44,252 nt of DNA from IMG/VR virus record IMGVR_UViG_3300017747_004582, positions 1-44,252 of that record, one strand, 5' to 3'. The first letter of the stretch is position 1, and every line of letters begins with the position of its first letter. Below the pieces are notes generated by a model that was not told where the DNA came from, searched no databases, and saw only the letters and a program-made list of their open reading frames with translations. The stretch comes from a virus. Taxonomy: Duplodnaviria > Caudoviricetes. Both the position numbers and the translations under genes were made by a program. Shown here in pieces: positions 33,601 to 43,532 of the stretch.

Positions 33601-34931
33601 ATCAGCTCCTCGTCTAGGATGGTAGTCATCAGGTCGTCCTCGGCCTGTTGCTTTCGCTTCAGCACCGAGGCCACGTATCCGTCGACCGTGCGTCGAGCCA
33701 AGAGGCGTCGCACGATCACCTTCGTCATCTGCCCCTGTCGCCACACTCGGCGGATGAACTGCCAGTGCTGCCCATGGCTCCAGGGCATGTCGTAGAAAAG
33801 CACCGACGCGTCGGGCGACTGCATGTTCAGCCCCAGGGCGACGGTCTTCACCTGACCGAGCAGGACCGGCAACTCACCTCGGCCCCACGCTTTCAAGAGG
33901 CGTCGCTTCTCCGCCGACGAGGTGAAGCGGTCGATGGCCGGCGCGTCGATCGCTCCCTGGATCACTCGCTTCGAGCCCTGGTACCAGAACCCGACGAGCA
34001 CCGGGCGACCGAACGATTCCTCGAGGCTCTCCTGCAAAGCGTCGAGCTTGCTCGTCCCGATGTAGTGCGGGACTCGCTTCTCGTCGTAAACGAATCCGCT
34101 GGTCACCTGGCGCAGCTTGTCGAGGGCCACGCCGGCGTTCTCGAGAGCGATGGGCTCGTCCAACGCGACGACGTGGTCCTTGCGAATCTTGTCGTAGAAC
34201 CTGCGCTCCGCCTTTGTGAGCTCGAACTGCACGTCGCGGAACACGAGGTCGGGCATGTCAAGGCAATCGCCGGCTCGCCGAACGAAGCACAGCGGCGCGG
34301 CATGTCGCCTCAGCTCCTCCGGCCGGGACACCTGCCACGTGACGTAGTTCTCGCGGACCACGGCGCGGCAGTACCTTTCGCGGAACACGCCTATCTTGTC
34401 GCCCAGCGCCTCGCCTCCGTCGACCAGGTAGAGCTGAGCCCAGATGTCGACGAGCGAGTTCTCAGCCGGCGTGCCTGTCATCGGGACCACGGCGTCGAAC
34501 GCCGGCAGCAAAGCCTTCATCGCCCTGAACGACACCGACGATCCGCTCTTCACGGCGGTCGATTCGTCCAGGATGCACAGCTCGTAGGGCATCTTGCGAC
34601 GACGTCGCACCTCGTCGTAGAGCCAGTGCAGGAGCTCGTAGTTGATGACGGCGACGTCCGGCTTCTCGTCGAACAGGATCCTGGCTCGCTCGCTGGGCGT
34701 TCCGCGGACGAGCCGGAACGACAGGTCGCCGCCCCACTCTCGATGTTGCGCCGGCCAGACGAACTCCGCCGGATTCAAGGGGGCAAGCACCAGGGTGCGC
34801 CGCGCACGACGGGCCAGCTCGTAGCCGACGCGCGTCTTTCCCAGCCCGGGCTCCATGAACAGCGCCCCGCGCCACTGCCTGCGCCTCAGGAAGGCGAGCG
34901 CATCGGACTGGTGCATCAGCATGGGCCTCAC
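33597..34931 (-). CDS. SNF2-family helicase
   Basis: EPGLGKT, LDES, TGTPAEN, GLNMQ, RVWRQGQ. Confidence 0.9.
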   Translation of the reverse strand: MRPMLMHQSDALAFLRRRQWRGALFMEPGLGKTRVGYELARRARRTLVLAPLNPAEFVWPAQHREWGGDLSFRLVRGTPSERARILFDEKPDVAVINYELLHWLYDEVRRRRKMPYELCILDESTAVKSGSSVSFRAMKALLPAFDAVVPMTGTPAENSLVDIWAQLYLVDGGEALGDKIGVFRERYCRAVVRENYVTWQVSRPEELRRHAAPLCFVRRAGDCLDMPDLVFRDVQFELTKAERRFYDKIRKDHVVALDEPIALENAGVALDKLRQVTSGFVYDEKRVPHYIGTSKLDALQESLEESFGRPVLVGFWYQGSKRVIQGAIDAPAIDRFTSSAEKRRLLKAWGRGELPVLLGQVKTVALGLNMQSPDASVLFYDMPWSHGQHWQFIRRVWRQGQMTKVIVRRLLARRTVDGYVASVLKRKQQAEDDLMTTILDEELI

Positions 34932-35266
34932 GAGCCCCTCCTCAGGATCAGCTCGATCGTGTCGGCCGCGCGCTTCACGTCAGGTCCCTCGATCAGGAGC
35001 ACCTTCACCTTGTACTTGCGCAGGAGCTCGGCGTGGCGGATGCGCTGGTTCTCCCTCGCCTCGCCGTCTTCGCGCTTCACCTCGACGAGTCGCGTGCGGC
35101 CGTGTCCCATTGCGAGCCGGTCGGGGAATCCCTCGATCGTCGGCTTAAGCTTGACGAAGCCGATGCCGCGCGTCTTGAGCTCAGCGCGAAGCGCGTACTC
35201 GAACGGTCGCTCCCGCCTCTTCAGCTCGGGCAGCTTCAGGTCGATGTCGGCGTCCAGGTCCCTCAT
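34928..35266 (-). CDS. VRR-NUC nuclease
   Basis: GFPDRL...VEVK...Q; standard position between Pol and helicase. Confidence 0.85.
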   Translation of the reverse strand: MRDLDADIDLKLPELKRRERPFEYALRAELKTRGIGFVKLKPTIEGFPDRLAMGHGRTRLVEVKREDGEARENQRIRHAELLRKYKVKVLLIEGPDVKRAADTIELILRRGS

Positions 35267-35397
35267 ACGATCCTGTCCCACATGTGCCATCGCGCCTTCT
35301 GACCTTTCGTCTTGGCGTCGACGTGCAGCGTGTATCGATACAAGTGCCAGTCTTCGAACTTCCATCTGCCGATGACGATACAGAGATGCAGGTTCAC
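35263..35397 (-). CDS. 44-aa hypothetical protein (MNLHLCIVIGRWKF...), not in the ORF track
   Basis: GTGA overlap with the Pol stop and ATGA overlap with the VRR-NUC start. Confidence 0.5.
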   Translation of the reverse strand: MNLHLCIVIGRWKFEDWHLYRYTLHVDAKTKGQKARWHMWDRIV

Positions 35398-37409
35398 TTG
35401 TGATACCTCGGACCTTCCCACGCCTCGACCTTGATGGGCAGACCCTTCGCCCAGTCTGGCTTGTCAAGCATGATCTCCTCGACGATCTTGCCGACCTTGC
35501 CGGGCTCGCCCTCGCACACCAGCTCGTCGTGGCTGTGCATGACGGGATCGACCTCGTCGACCTCGAACTCAGCTTTCACGATCGCGTCGGCCAGCAAGTC
35601 CCTCGCGGTCCCGCTGACGATGTACTCGCACAGCTTACCGCCGTACGTCGTCTCCGGCCAGCCCTTGCCGTTGATGAACTGCAGCTGGTCGTGCCTGATC
35701 TTCGCCCGGCGATGGTAGATCTCGCGACCGCTCGGGAGCGTGATGACCAGGTCGCCCTTGCGCATACTGAACCCGATGCGTCCCTTCGATGCGGTGGTCG
35801 GGAGGCCGGTGCGCACGCACTTCTTCGCGGCGACCTCGAGTTCTTCCCAGAACTTCGGCACCTGCTTGTACCTCTTGCGATAGGCGTACACGCACTTCTT
35901 CGCGAGCTCGTCGGAGATGACGATGCCGTAGTTGCGCTTGCAGGTCAGCTTGAACTTCTTCCATCCCATCGCGTAGCCGCAGCCCAGCACGACGGTCTTG
36001 CCCATCATGCGCTCGAACGATACGTCGAGGGACTCCGGCGGCTTGTTGAAGATGACGCTGCCCATGTCTCGGTACAGGTCGCCGTCGGCCATGTAGATCT
36101 TCAGGCCGTACGTCTCGACCGCGAGCCAGAACAAGACGCGCGCCTCGATCGCGGCGTAGTCGCCTACGCCGAAGACCTTGCCCTCGCGAGCGATGAACGC
36201 TCCGCGAATGGCGGTCGACAGCACCTCGGCCGGTGGGGCGGGGATCATCCTGCGCTTCGACTTCGGGTCGCCGGGGACCTCGAGCACCTCGATCTGGAAC
36301 AGCTTTCTCAGGAGCCGGGTGTCGCCCTCCTTGGCGCAGCGCTTGATCGCGGCGACCATCTGCTCGATGGGCACGTTGCCCTTCGCCTCCTTGTCGATCG
36401 ACTTCGCGTCACCGCGAGGGAGGTTCTGCGGCTGAGGCCCCTTGCCGCTCCATCGACCGTGAGCGTTTGCCCCGTAGTACATGTAGAGACCACGCACGAC
36501 GTCGTCGTCGAGGAATTCCATGAACGCCTTGTACTTCGACACGCTCGAGCGAGCGCCCTCCTGACGCAGCTCCAGGACGCGTCGCTGGGTCTTGGTCAGC
36601 TGCGCGTGGTAGAGAAGGTCCTCGACCGTCTCCTGGTCGATGGAGTCGAGCACCAGGCCTGTGCCTTCGAGGAAGGCGATGAGCCTGTCCCTCTCGGTCG
36701 CCGCCATCACGGCACCCCGGGTGATCTGGGTCAGCTCAGACGAGAGCTCCCGCTCGATCATGCCGGCCACCTTCAGGGCCGCCTTGATGAACCCGACGTC
36801 GACCCTCAGGCCTCGCAGGTTGATGCGGAAGTCGGCCTGGAACACCCGGCGCTCGAACCGCGGGAGGGCCGGCAACCTGTTCGACAGCGCCCGCTCGCCG
36901 ATCACGTCGCCGGCGCAGTACTCGTACAGCTCCTCGAACAGGTAGGGATCGTCGAACCATTCCCTGGGGTCGTTCTTTGTCGGCTTGCGAGGCTTGCTCA
37001 GCTTCAGCATCGCCTTGTTCGACAGCTTCTTGACGTCGAGCCCGGCGACGATGAGCGCGTTTTCGAGTGCTCGCGGCAGGCAGGCGAACGACGCCCTGGC
37101 TGCGGAGCAGACGACCCGGCCGAACTGGAGCATCGGCCAGCCGTGACGCTTCGACAACACGTTGAGCCAGATGCACCACTCGAAGAAAGCGTTGTGGGCC
37201 TCGAACAGGGCGCCGCGCTCGATCGCTCGGATCAGGTCTGCCGGGCGCTCCATGCCCGGTCGCCAGACCTTCACCTTGCCGTTGTCGAGAGCGTACCCGA
37301 GGCAGAGCACCTGCGTGCTCGGATGCGTGCTGTAACGCCACGCACCGACCTTCTTAAGGTTCAGCTCGGAACGTGTCTCGAAGTCAACCGTTGTTAGCCA
37401 GCACCGCAT
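35394..37409 (-). CDS. polA: Family A DNA polymerase with 3'-5' exonuclease
   Basis: DFET, AHNA.FE, YC..D, GRWS...QNLP, DYAAIEAR, R..GK...LG.GY, HDE. Confidence 0.95.
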   Translation of the reverse strand: MRCWLTTVDFETRSELNLKKVGAWRYSTHPSTQVLCLGYALDNGKVKVWRPGMERPADLIRAIERGALFEAHNAFFEWCIWLNVLSKRHGWPMLQFGRVVCSAARASFACLPRALENALIVAGLDVKKLSNKAMLKLSKPRKPTKNDPREWFDDPYLFEELYEYCAGDVIGERALSNRLPALPRFERRVFQADFRINLRGLRVDVGFIKAALKVAGMIERELSSELTQITRGAVMAATERDRLIAFLEGTGLVLDSIDQETVEDLLYHAQLTKTQRRVLELRQEGARSSVSKYKAFMEFLDDDVVRGLYMYYGANAHGRWSGKGPQPQNLPRGDAKSIDKEAKGNVPIEQMVAAIKRCAKEGDTRLLRKLFQIEVLEVPGDPKSKRRMIPAPPAEVLSTAIRGAFIAREGKVFGVGDYAAIEARVLFWLAVETYGLKIYMADGDLYRDMGSVIFNKPPESLDVSFERMMGKTVVLGCGYAMGWKKFKLTCKRNYGIVISDELAKKCVYAYRKRYKQVPKFWEELEVAAKKCVRTGLPTTASKGRIGFSMRKGDLVITLPSGREIYHRRAKIRHDQLQFINGKGWPETTYGGKLCEYIVSGTARDLLADAIVKAEFEVDEVDPVMHSHDELVCEGEPGKVGKIVEEIMLDKPDWAKGLPIKVEAWEGPRYHK

Positions 37410-37638
37410 CGACGTTCTTCGGTCCACGACGATTCAGCAGGGCGAGGATCTCGCGCTGTCGTCGAGCTCCGTCGACTCGGTTGTAACGGCCGACCAGGCG
37501 CGTGATCAGGTCGACCCTGGGAGCCTCGCTGTCTAGCTCCGCCTGCAGGGCCTTCGCGATGTCACGCAGCTTCATCGCCTTCATCGTCTTGTGCGCCGCC
37601 TTGTAGCCGGTCAGCGCCGCGTTTTTCTCTTTCGCCAT
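37384..37638 (-). CDS. Hypothetical protein
   Basis: Tight packing upstream of Pol. Confidence 0.6.
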   Translation of the reverse strand: MAKEKNAALTGYKAAHKTMKAMKLRDIAKALQAELDSEAPRVDLITRLVGRYNRVDGARRQREILALLNRRGPKNVDAVLANNG

Positions 37639-37639
37639 G

Positions 37640-37873
37640 TCACCAATCCTCCGCGATGTCTCGGGCCCACGACTCGAGGTCGCTGGGGTCGTCGTACTCG
37701 GGGGCTTCCTCGCACAGCAAGGCCAGGTCCCTCGAGCAGGGCGTCGGCTGCACGTTGGCATGCATCCAGACTACGTAGCTCGGGTCGATCGCGGCGACTT
37801 CCCTTGGCGTCTTACCGCGATACTTCCCGAAGTTCAATCGGCTCTTGTCGAGCATCTTGTCGGCGTTGTTCAT
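37640..37873 (-). CDS. FGKYRG-motif (DUF3820/ExoX C-terminal-like) small protein
   Basis: LNFGKYRGK...DPSYVVW. Confidence 0.7.
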   Translation of the reverse strand: MNNADKMLDKSRLNFGKYRGKTPREVAAIDPSYVVWMHANVQPTPCSRDLALLCEEAPEYDDPSDLESWARDIAEDW

Positions 37874-38046
37874 CTACGCCTCGGATGCTGGTCACCTAAC
37901 GACACGGCGAAGGCGACGAGGGCAAGCAGGACCGAGTGCTTCTTGGGACCGCGCTTGCGGCACCCCTGGCACACGACCCAGCTGCACCGATCCTTCTCCG
38001 TCAGGACCTTCAGCTCCCGGTGGGAGCACCTCTTCGCTCTCGCCAT
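37870..38046 (-). CDS. 58-aa Zn-ribbon-like protein (Lar-like), not in the ORF track
   Basis: RBS GGAGG; MARAKRCSH...WVVCQGCRKRGP; ATGA overlap. Confidence 0.55.
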   Translation of the reverse strand: MARAKRCSHRELKVLTEKDRCSWVVCQGCRKRGPKKHSVLLALVAFAVSLGDQHPRRR

Positions 38047-38056
38047 GACCGCCTCC

Positions 38057-38731
38057 TCAGATCAGGTCGTCGTCATCGTCGTCGCGGCGCCCTCTGCCCT
38101 TCGGCTTGGAGCGACCCTTGTCCCTGGCCTTGCGGGCCGGGCGATCGTCGTCATCATCGTCGTCGTCATCGGTCTCGACGCTCTCGAACGAGTCCTGCGT
38201 GTTCGCCTTGCCACCGCCCAGCGAATCGTCCTCGCGGACCTTCTGGAGCCCGTTGAGTCGACAGCTGATGCCGGCCGATGTCTTGCGCTCCCAGCCGAAG
38301 AACTCGACGTCGGCGACCACGTGGCAGCCGGAGTACATCTCCGTCGGACTCTCGATCGCCTCGACGTTCTGGTCCCACAGCTGCGGCTGCCCGTACTTCT
38401 CGTAGCGGCGCAGCTTGAGGATCACGTCGCCCGGCTCGATGTAGTCGTACTGCTCGGCCAGGTCCTCGATCTCCCGGTCGTCGTCGATCAGGCAGATGTT
38501 CAGCTTGCGCGGTGGCTTGCTGCCCCACTGGTCCTTCTTCGCGGCGTCGATCGCCTTGCGGATGGCGCGGATATTCTGGTTCTCCTTGAACAGGATCGCG
38601 CAGGAGTAGCTCGGGTCGTTGCCCTCCTCCATCGCCTCGGCCTCGAACAGGCGAGCCCATATCAGACGCCCTCGCGGAAAGCCGTTCTTCGGCGTCAGCA
38701 TCCGCTCGGGACTCTTCTCTTTCTTGGCCAT
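38057..38731 (-). CDS. Single-stranded DNA-binding protein (DUF2815/T7 gp2.5-like)
   Basis: YSGC, GISCRLNGLQKVR...LGG; acidic C-terminal tail. Confidence 0.85.
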   Translation of the reverse strand: MAKKEKSPERMLTPKNGFPRGRLIWARLFEAEAMEEGNDPSYSCAILFKENQNIRAIRKAIDAAKKDQWGSKPPRKLNICLIDDDREIEDLAEQYDYIEPGDVILKLRRYEKYGQPQLWDQNVEAIESPTEMYSGCHVVADVEFFGWERKTSAGISCRLNGLQKVREDDSLGGGKANTQDSFESVETDDDDDDDDDRPARKARDKGRSKPKGRGRRDDDDDDLI

Positions 38732-39969
38732 CAGTCGATCTCCTCTTCCCTGCTTACGGGTGTGAAACTGATCTTCGTCGCTAGCAGGGGTGCGCGACGG
38801 TCAGACTCTGGTACGACGATCGGATCACCGACCGGCTTGAACACGAACCTCTCGAGCTTCGTCTTGCCGGCCTTGTCGAGCAGCGCCTCGACCTGGGCAG
38901 GCGACAGGCGGATCGTCTTCGTCAGCTCCTTGATGTTCACGCCCAGGCCCTTGGCGATCTGGGCGTCGGTGTATCGCTGCTCCCAGGCTCGACGGGTGAT
39001 CTTGTGCACGACCTTGTGGCCGGGGATGGCCTTGCCCTTGCTGGCCAGCTCCAGGGCTCGCAGCTGCACCGCCTCGAGCCAGGCCATGAACATCGGCGCA
39101 CGGCGCAAGATTTCAGCGACCTGGTCGGCCTCGAGCGTCGACGGCGGTGGAGGCTCGGCGCGGTGCAACGGGACTGGCTCGAACTTCTTCGAGCTGATCT
39201 CCAGGTTGCGCTCGCGCGCCTTGGGACAGACGCCCAGGGCATCGCACCAGCCGCAGTGATCGCCGGCAACCAGGTCCTTCTCGTGACCGGTCTTCCTGTC
39301 GAGCCACTTGGCCGCGACGTCGACTCCCTTGCGAACCTTGGCCAACAGCGCGTCATACTCCTTTCGGGTGTAGACGTGTCGCCGTTCAGGGAGCGCCCCG
39401 TCAGAAGCGTTGGGCTGCCAGACGCACAGCTCGATCGTCTTCGGGTCGTGCTTCTCGACAAGGTCGGCCGCGTAGATGATCTCCTGCGTGTTGCCCTCGA
39501 CCGTGACAGGCTCGCGCCCGCTCTTCAGGTCGGCGATGCACAGGTGGCGGCCTGCGAGGATCCAGAAGTCTCGGCTACCCCAGCACAGCTCTGGCACCAG
39601 GACGCCGCGATCTTCTGTGCCGCAGGTGGTCTTGCCGTAGAGCTGCTCGAGCTCCTCGCGCTTGGCCATGCAGTAGCGGGCGTAGTCGCGCGCCTCCCGG
39701 ATCTCGTCGGGATCGCCCTTGGAGAAGCCGTCGATCTTCTTGCCTGCCAGCAACCACCGGATGAACTGCTCTCCGATCTCGTGGATCCGAGTGCCACGTT
39801 GGGCCGCAGGGCCACTCTCGCGCTTCTTGATCGTGCCGGCGGCGATGAGCCGGCGGATGTAGCCCTGGCTGGGCGTGCACTTCAGCCACCGGCTCGAGGC
39901 CGATGGGGGCAGGGGCGCGTGCGCCCGGTCGTCGTGCCCGGCCTTGGCGACCGCCTTACCCTTCGCCAT
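38731..39969 (-). CDS. DUF2800 PD-(D/E)XK (Cas4-like) nuclease
   Basis: HAPLPPSASSRWLKC, GTRIH, ADLKSG, N.Q...YA, HCGWC.....CP. Confidence 0.88.
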   Translation of the reverse strand: MAKGKAVAKAGHDDRAHAPLPPSASSRWLKCTPSQGYIRRLIAAGTIKKRESGPAAQRGTRIHEIGEQFIRWLLAGKKIDGFSKGDPDEIREARDYARYCMAKREELEQLYGKTTCGTEDRGVLVPELCWGSRDFWILAGRHLCIADLKSGREPVTVEGNTQEIIYAADLVEKHDPKTIELCVWQPNASDGALPERRHVYTRKEYDALLAKVRKGVDVAAKWLDRKTGHEKDLVAGDHCGWCDALGVCPKARERNLEISSKKFEPVPLHRAEPPPPSTLEADQVAEILRRAPMFMAWLEAVQLRALELASKGKAIPGHKVVHKITRRAWEQRYTDAQIAKGLGVNIKELTKTIRLSPAQVEALLDKAGKTKLERFVFKPVGDPIVVPESDRRAPLLATKISFTPVSREEEID

Positions 39970-40201
39970 GGCCCTTCTCCAGGTGCGACGTGTCGATGCC
40001 GTGAGGAACCTCGACCCTCGCGACCTTGACGTCGTGGGGGAGCAGCAGGGCCTTGATGCCCAGTCGCGTCGACGCGTCCTCGAGCATCTTCATGATCGCG
40101 ACGTGCTTGTCGTAGGGCATCGGCGACTGCGCCTCGAGGACGACGGTGTCTCCGGGCTTGAGTATGACGGCGATGGGCACGCCGCAAAGGGTGTCAGTCA
40201 T
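39956..40201 (-). CDS. Hypothetical protein
   Basis: RBS GGAGG; ATGA overlap. Confidence 0.55.
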   Translation of the reverse strand: MTDTLCGVPIAVILKPGDTVVLEAQSPMPYDKHVAIMKMLEDASTRLGIKALLLPHDVKVARVEVPHGIDTSHLEKGHGEG

Positions 40202-40431
40202 GGCTCCTCCACTGTGATGGCGACAGGGGGATGCGACGAACCCCAGACGCTCAGGACAACCGCGCCTCCCGCTATCAAGAGGGCGATCTCTTCGACGGTC
40301 GGATACCACGCGCTCTGCATCGTGCCGTCGCGATCGCGAATCGGCAAGGTCGCGCACTCGCCCTGAGACGGGTCCCAGTCGGCCGGTGCGCCCAGCGCTC
40401 GGGTCGCGAACTTGATCTCGCCAGGCGTCAT
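40198..40431 (-). CDS. Conserved-looking phage hypothetical protein
   Basis: LGAPADWD...C..LP...SAW.P...E..L..GG.V.L...HPPV. Confidence 0.65.
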   Translation of the reverse strand: MTPGEIKFATRALGAPADWDPSQGECATLPIRDRDGTMQSAWYPTVEEIALLIAGGAVVLSVWGSSHPPVAITVEEP

Positions 40432-40661
40432 GGAACCGCCGGCGACGAGCGCGCGTACCTGATCAGGTTCTGCTGCGTGGTCGGGAGGGTCTTGAAGTCG
40501 GCGTAGCTGATGGTGAACTGGACCGTCTCGTCGTAGACGATCAGCACGTCGACGCACGTCGTCTCATCCTTGGCCCACAGCCCGTTGCGATCCCTGAACT
40601 GGGTCATCTGGATCGGCGTTGCGTTGCTGAGCATCGTCGAAAGATCGGATGGCACTGTCAT
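40428..40661 (-). CDS. Hypothetical protein
   Basis: RBS AGGAG. Confidence 0.55.
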   Translation of the reverse strand: MTVPSDLSTMLSNATPIQMTQFRDRNGLWAKDETTCVDVLIVYDETVQFTISYADFKTLPTTQQNLIRYARSSPAVP

Positions 40662-40758
40662 GCTCTTCTCCTGATAGAGGCGGAGGGGCGAGCCGGGACT
40701 CGGAATCCGACCCGCCCCTCTCCTGTAGCCGCAGAGCCGCTGCGACGCCGGGGACTGA

Positions 40759-41130
40759 CTACGCCGCGTCGACCGCCTTCTCGAGGGCGTCGATCACCGC
40801 CTGACGATGCTCCGCCTCGACCTCGGTGGCGCGCTCGGCCTTGCCGTGCTTCTTGAGGATCTTTGTGATGTCGGCCTTTTCGAGGACCTTCTGCGCTGCC
40901 CGCACCGCATCGACGATGTCGTCTTCGCTGGGCTCGTCTCCGTCCTTGTCGTCGTCATCCTTGTCGTCATCATCGTCCTTCTCTTCCTTCTTGGCCCGGC
41001 TGGGGCGAGAGCGCGCCGGCTTGGCCCGGGTCTCCTTGCCGTCGCCGTCCTCGCTGAGAAGCTTCTCGAGCGTTTCCGCCGCGAAGTTACAGATCGCGAC
41101 GAGCGCGACCACAAGTGCCCTTAGTTCCAT
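40759..41130 (-). CDS. Acidic hypothetical protein at the head of the replication operon
   Basis: RBS GGAGG; Asp-rich tract followed by a helical domain (ILKKHG). Confidence 0.65.
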   Translation of the reverse strand: MELRALVVALVAICNFAAETLEKLLSEDGDGKETRAKPARSRPSRAKKEEKDDDDDKDDDDKDGDEPSEDDIVDAVRAAQKVLEKADITKILKKHGKAERATEVEAEHRQAVIDALEKAVDAA

Positions 41131-41253
41131 CAGAACCTCCAGTCATAGTATTGTGAGAAACCCGACCACCTGGGCGGGCGTGGACACATTACCATAGGGA
41201 ACATGAGAAAGTAAAATCCCAAGTAAATTACCTCGACTCGGAGATGAGAGCTG
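41131..41253. promoter_or_regulatory. AT-richer divergent promoter region
   Basis: Non-coding gap between the leftward replication operon and the rightward primase gene. Confidence 0.5.
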
Positions 41254-43506
41254 ATGGCAAAGAATCAAGCATTCCAGCTCACGGAGCTGACGACACGCGG
41301 GATCAGCGCGGTGAAAACGTATCGGATGATTGACGGGAAGATCGAGGTCGAGGGCTACGGACGAGCCAAGACCTTCACAGCGGAGACGATCGAGGTCGAC
41401 AGGAAAGGTCGGTGGCTCGAGCGATTGCGAAAGAAGAGCGAGACGTTCGTCGTGCTGGGCGCGCCCATCGACTGGAAGCCTGGCGAGAAGAAGCGTCGAC
41501 TCAGCCAGGACAGGGACGGCGCGGACGCGACGATCAAGGACGTGCCTCGAGCGCTGATGCCCATCGACATCGACCAGATAGACTTCGAGCCATGGGCATC
41601 GATCGACGATGGCGAGATGTTCGCCTCGGAGTTGCTCGAGCGGCTCGGCCTCAAGGGCATCGCCTGCACCTGGCACCTCACCGGCGGCCACGGGTTCTTC
41701 GGCAAGTACAGGGCGCGCCTCTGGATAGAGCTGGCCGAGCCGGCGACCGCGGAGCAGATGAAGGCCTACGCCAGGGACCGGTGGGGCGACGAGAAGGTGA
41801 AGAACAAGGCGGGCGTCGACAAGAACCTCGTCGACTTCTCCGTGTTCCAGCCGCAGCAACCCATCTACACGGGCGACCCGGTGCTCGAGGACGGCATCGA
41901 GAGCCCGGTGCGGGAGAGGGTCGGGTTCATCGACGGCGATGCCCTCGAGATGAAGCTGCCCAAGAAAGCGGCCAAGAAGAAGGGGGCGCCGGAGGACGAG
42001 AACGTCGCGAAGCTCCAGGAGGCAGGGCTCTATATCAAGCGGCTCAAACCGGGACAGCACTGCATATCGTGTCCCTGGGAGGAGGAGCACACGGGCGCGG
42101 AGAGGGACGACGACACGTTCTACTTCGAGCCTCACTTCAACGGTCACGACATCCCCGCGTACAAATGCCACCACGACTCGTGCTCGCAGCGCAAGTGGGA
42201 GGACGTGTTGGACTGGCTGGGCGAGGAGGTCGAAGACGAGGAGGAACAGAGAGCGCCGAACTGGGTGTTCGTCCACCGGCTCAAGAGCTTCTGGGACGCG
42301 AGGGACGGGACGCTGATCGACAAGGACAGCTACGATACGACCCACGCCGGGGTGAAGGGCAAGGGCAAGCCCAGCGACAGGTTCCTGGCGATGAAGCGAT
42401 CGGAGAAGGCCGACGTCGCGGAGTTCCTCCCCGGCCAGGGCAGGTTCGTCATGAAGGGCCGGGTGCGAGTGCTCAACACGTACATCGATCAGCGCATAGC
42501 GCCCGATCCGGATATCAACGTCGACCCCTGGATCGATCACCTGACGTGGCTGGTCCCGGCGGAGAGGGAGCGCGAGCTGCTGATGGACTGGCTGGCCTGG
42601 ACGTACCAGAGGCCGGGCGACAAGATCACGTGGGCGCCCATCCTGTATTCGCGCAGCTTCGGCGTAGGCAAGACGACCGTGTTCAACGCGCTGGCCAAGT
42701 GCATCGGCGAGGTCATGGTATCGGAGCCGACGCAGGCCGAGCTCGAGGACAAGTTCAACGACTGGTGCTACGGCAAGCTGCTGGTGAAGATCGAGGAGCT
42801 GATGAGCGGCGACAAGTACCATGTCGCGGAGAAGCTCAAGCCTGTGGTGACCAACCCATCCCTCTCGATCCGGCAGATGCATCGCACCGGCTTCGTCGTG
42901 GCCAACGTGGCCAACGTGTGCGCCTCGACCAACCACATGCAGGCGCTGCCCATCGAGAAGGGCGACCGGCGCTGGATGATGATCCAGTGCGTGGAGGCAG
43001 AGCGCGAGGTGAGGCGCCCGAGGATGAGGGCCCTGCATCGCTGGCTCGAGGATGTCGGCTACGGTGGCATAGCGCACTGGCTGGGAGAGAGGGACGTGTC
43101 GGACTTCCAGCCCAGAGGCGAGGCTCCGGCCACCGCCTTGAGGGACGTCGTGGCGGCGGCTTCGATGACCGACATGGACCGCGCCGTCGAGCTGTGCGAC
43201 GTGTTCGACAGGGCCGGGATCATATCGAGCCAGATGGTCGGAGAGTACCTGCTGCAGAACGACTGCAAGGTCAGCGATCGCAAGTTCGGGCTCATCGCGA
43301 ACAGGCGCGGATGGATAGGCACGGGAGAGCGCGCCTTGATAGGAAACCGGAAGCTGACTTTCTGGACATCTAAAGGCACCCCGACCCTGAAGCTCAAGGC
43401 GTTCCTGGCCAAAAAGCCTGCTGAGAGAGAAAGGCTGCACAACAACATGGTGGCCAAGACCGTTTTCAGCCCTACAGGTGGTTCTGAGAGCGAGGAAAGC
43501 CTATGA
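41254..43506 (+). CDS. Primase-helicase (N-terminal primase-like region, Zn-binding CPW..H/CHH..C, SF3/DUF5906-like helicase)
   Basis: DID, CPWEEEH, CHHDSC, GVGKTT, IEE, STNH..AL....DRRW. Confidence 0.88.
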   Translation: MAKNQAFQLTELTTRGISAVKTYRMIDGKIEVEGYGRAKTFTAETIEVDRKGRWLERLRKKSETFVVLGAPIDWKPGEKKRRLSQDRDGADATIKDVPRALMPIDIDQIDFEPWASIDDGEMFASELLERLGLKGIACTWHLTGGHGFFGKYRARLWIELAEPATAEQMKAYARDRWGDEKVKNKAGVDKNLVDFSVFQPQQPIYTGDPVLEDGIESPVRERVGFIDGDALEMKLPKKAAKKKGAPEDENVAKLQEAGLYIKRLKPGQHCISCPWEEEHTGAERDDDTFYFEPHFNGHDIPAYKCHHDSCSQRKWEDVLDWLGEEVEDEEEQRAPNWVFVHRLKSFWDARDGTLIDKDSYDTTHAGVKGKGKPSDRFLAMKRSEKADVAEFLPGQGRFVMKGRVRVLNTYIDQRIAPDPDINVDPWIDHLTWLVPAERERELLMDWLAWTYQRPGDKITWAPILYSRSFGVGKTTVFNALAKCIGEVMVSEPTQAELEDKFNDWCYGKLLVKIEELMSGDKYHVAEKLKPVVTNPSLSIRQMHRTGFVVANVANVCASTNHMQALPIEKGDRRWMMIQCVEAEREVRRPRMRALHRWLEDVGYGGIAHWLGERDVSDFQPRGEAPATALRDVVAAASMTDMDRAVELCDVFDRAGIISSQMVGEYLLQNDCKVSDRKFGLIANRRGWIGTGERALIGNRKLTFWTSKGTPTLKLKAFLAKKPAERERLHNNMVAKTVFSPTGGSESEESL

Positions 43507-43532
43507 ATAGCGGGGCGAGAGCGCTCCTAGCA

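Noticed and set aside
35400-37397. Long antisense ORFs (also 41143-43440, 33648-35375, 4107-5249, 12888-14066, 37637-39259)
   Set aside because: They mirror well-supported genes on the opposite strand, lack motifs, and are expected from GC-rich codon bias
38731-39969. Cas4-like nuclease as a CRISPR component
   Set aside because: Standard DUF2800-SSB-Pol A replication module; no cas genes or array
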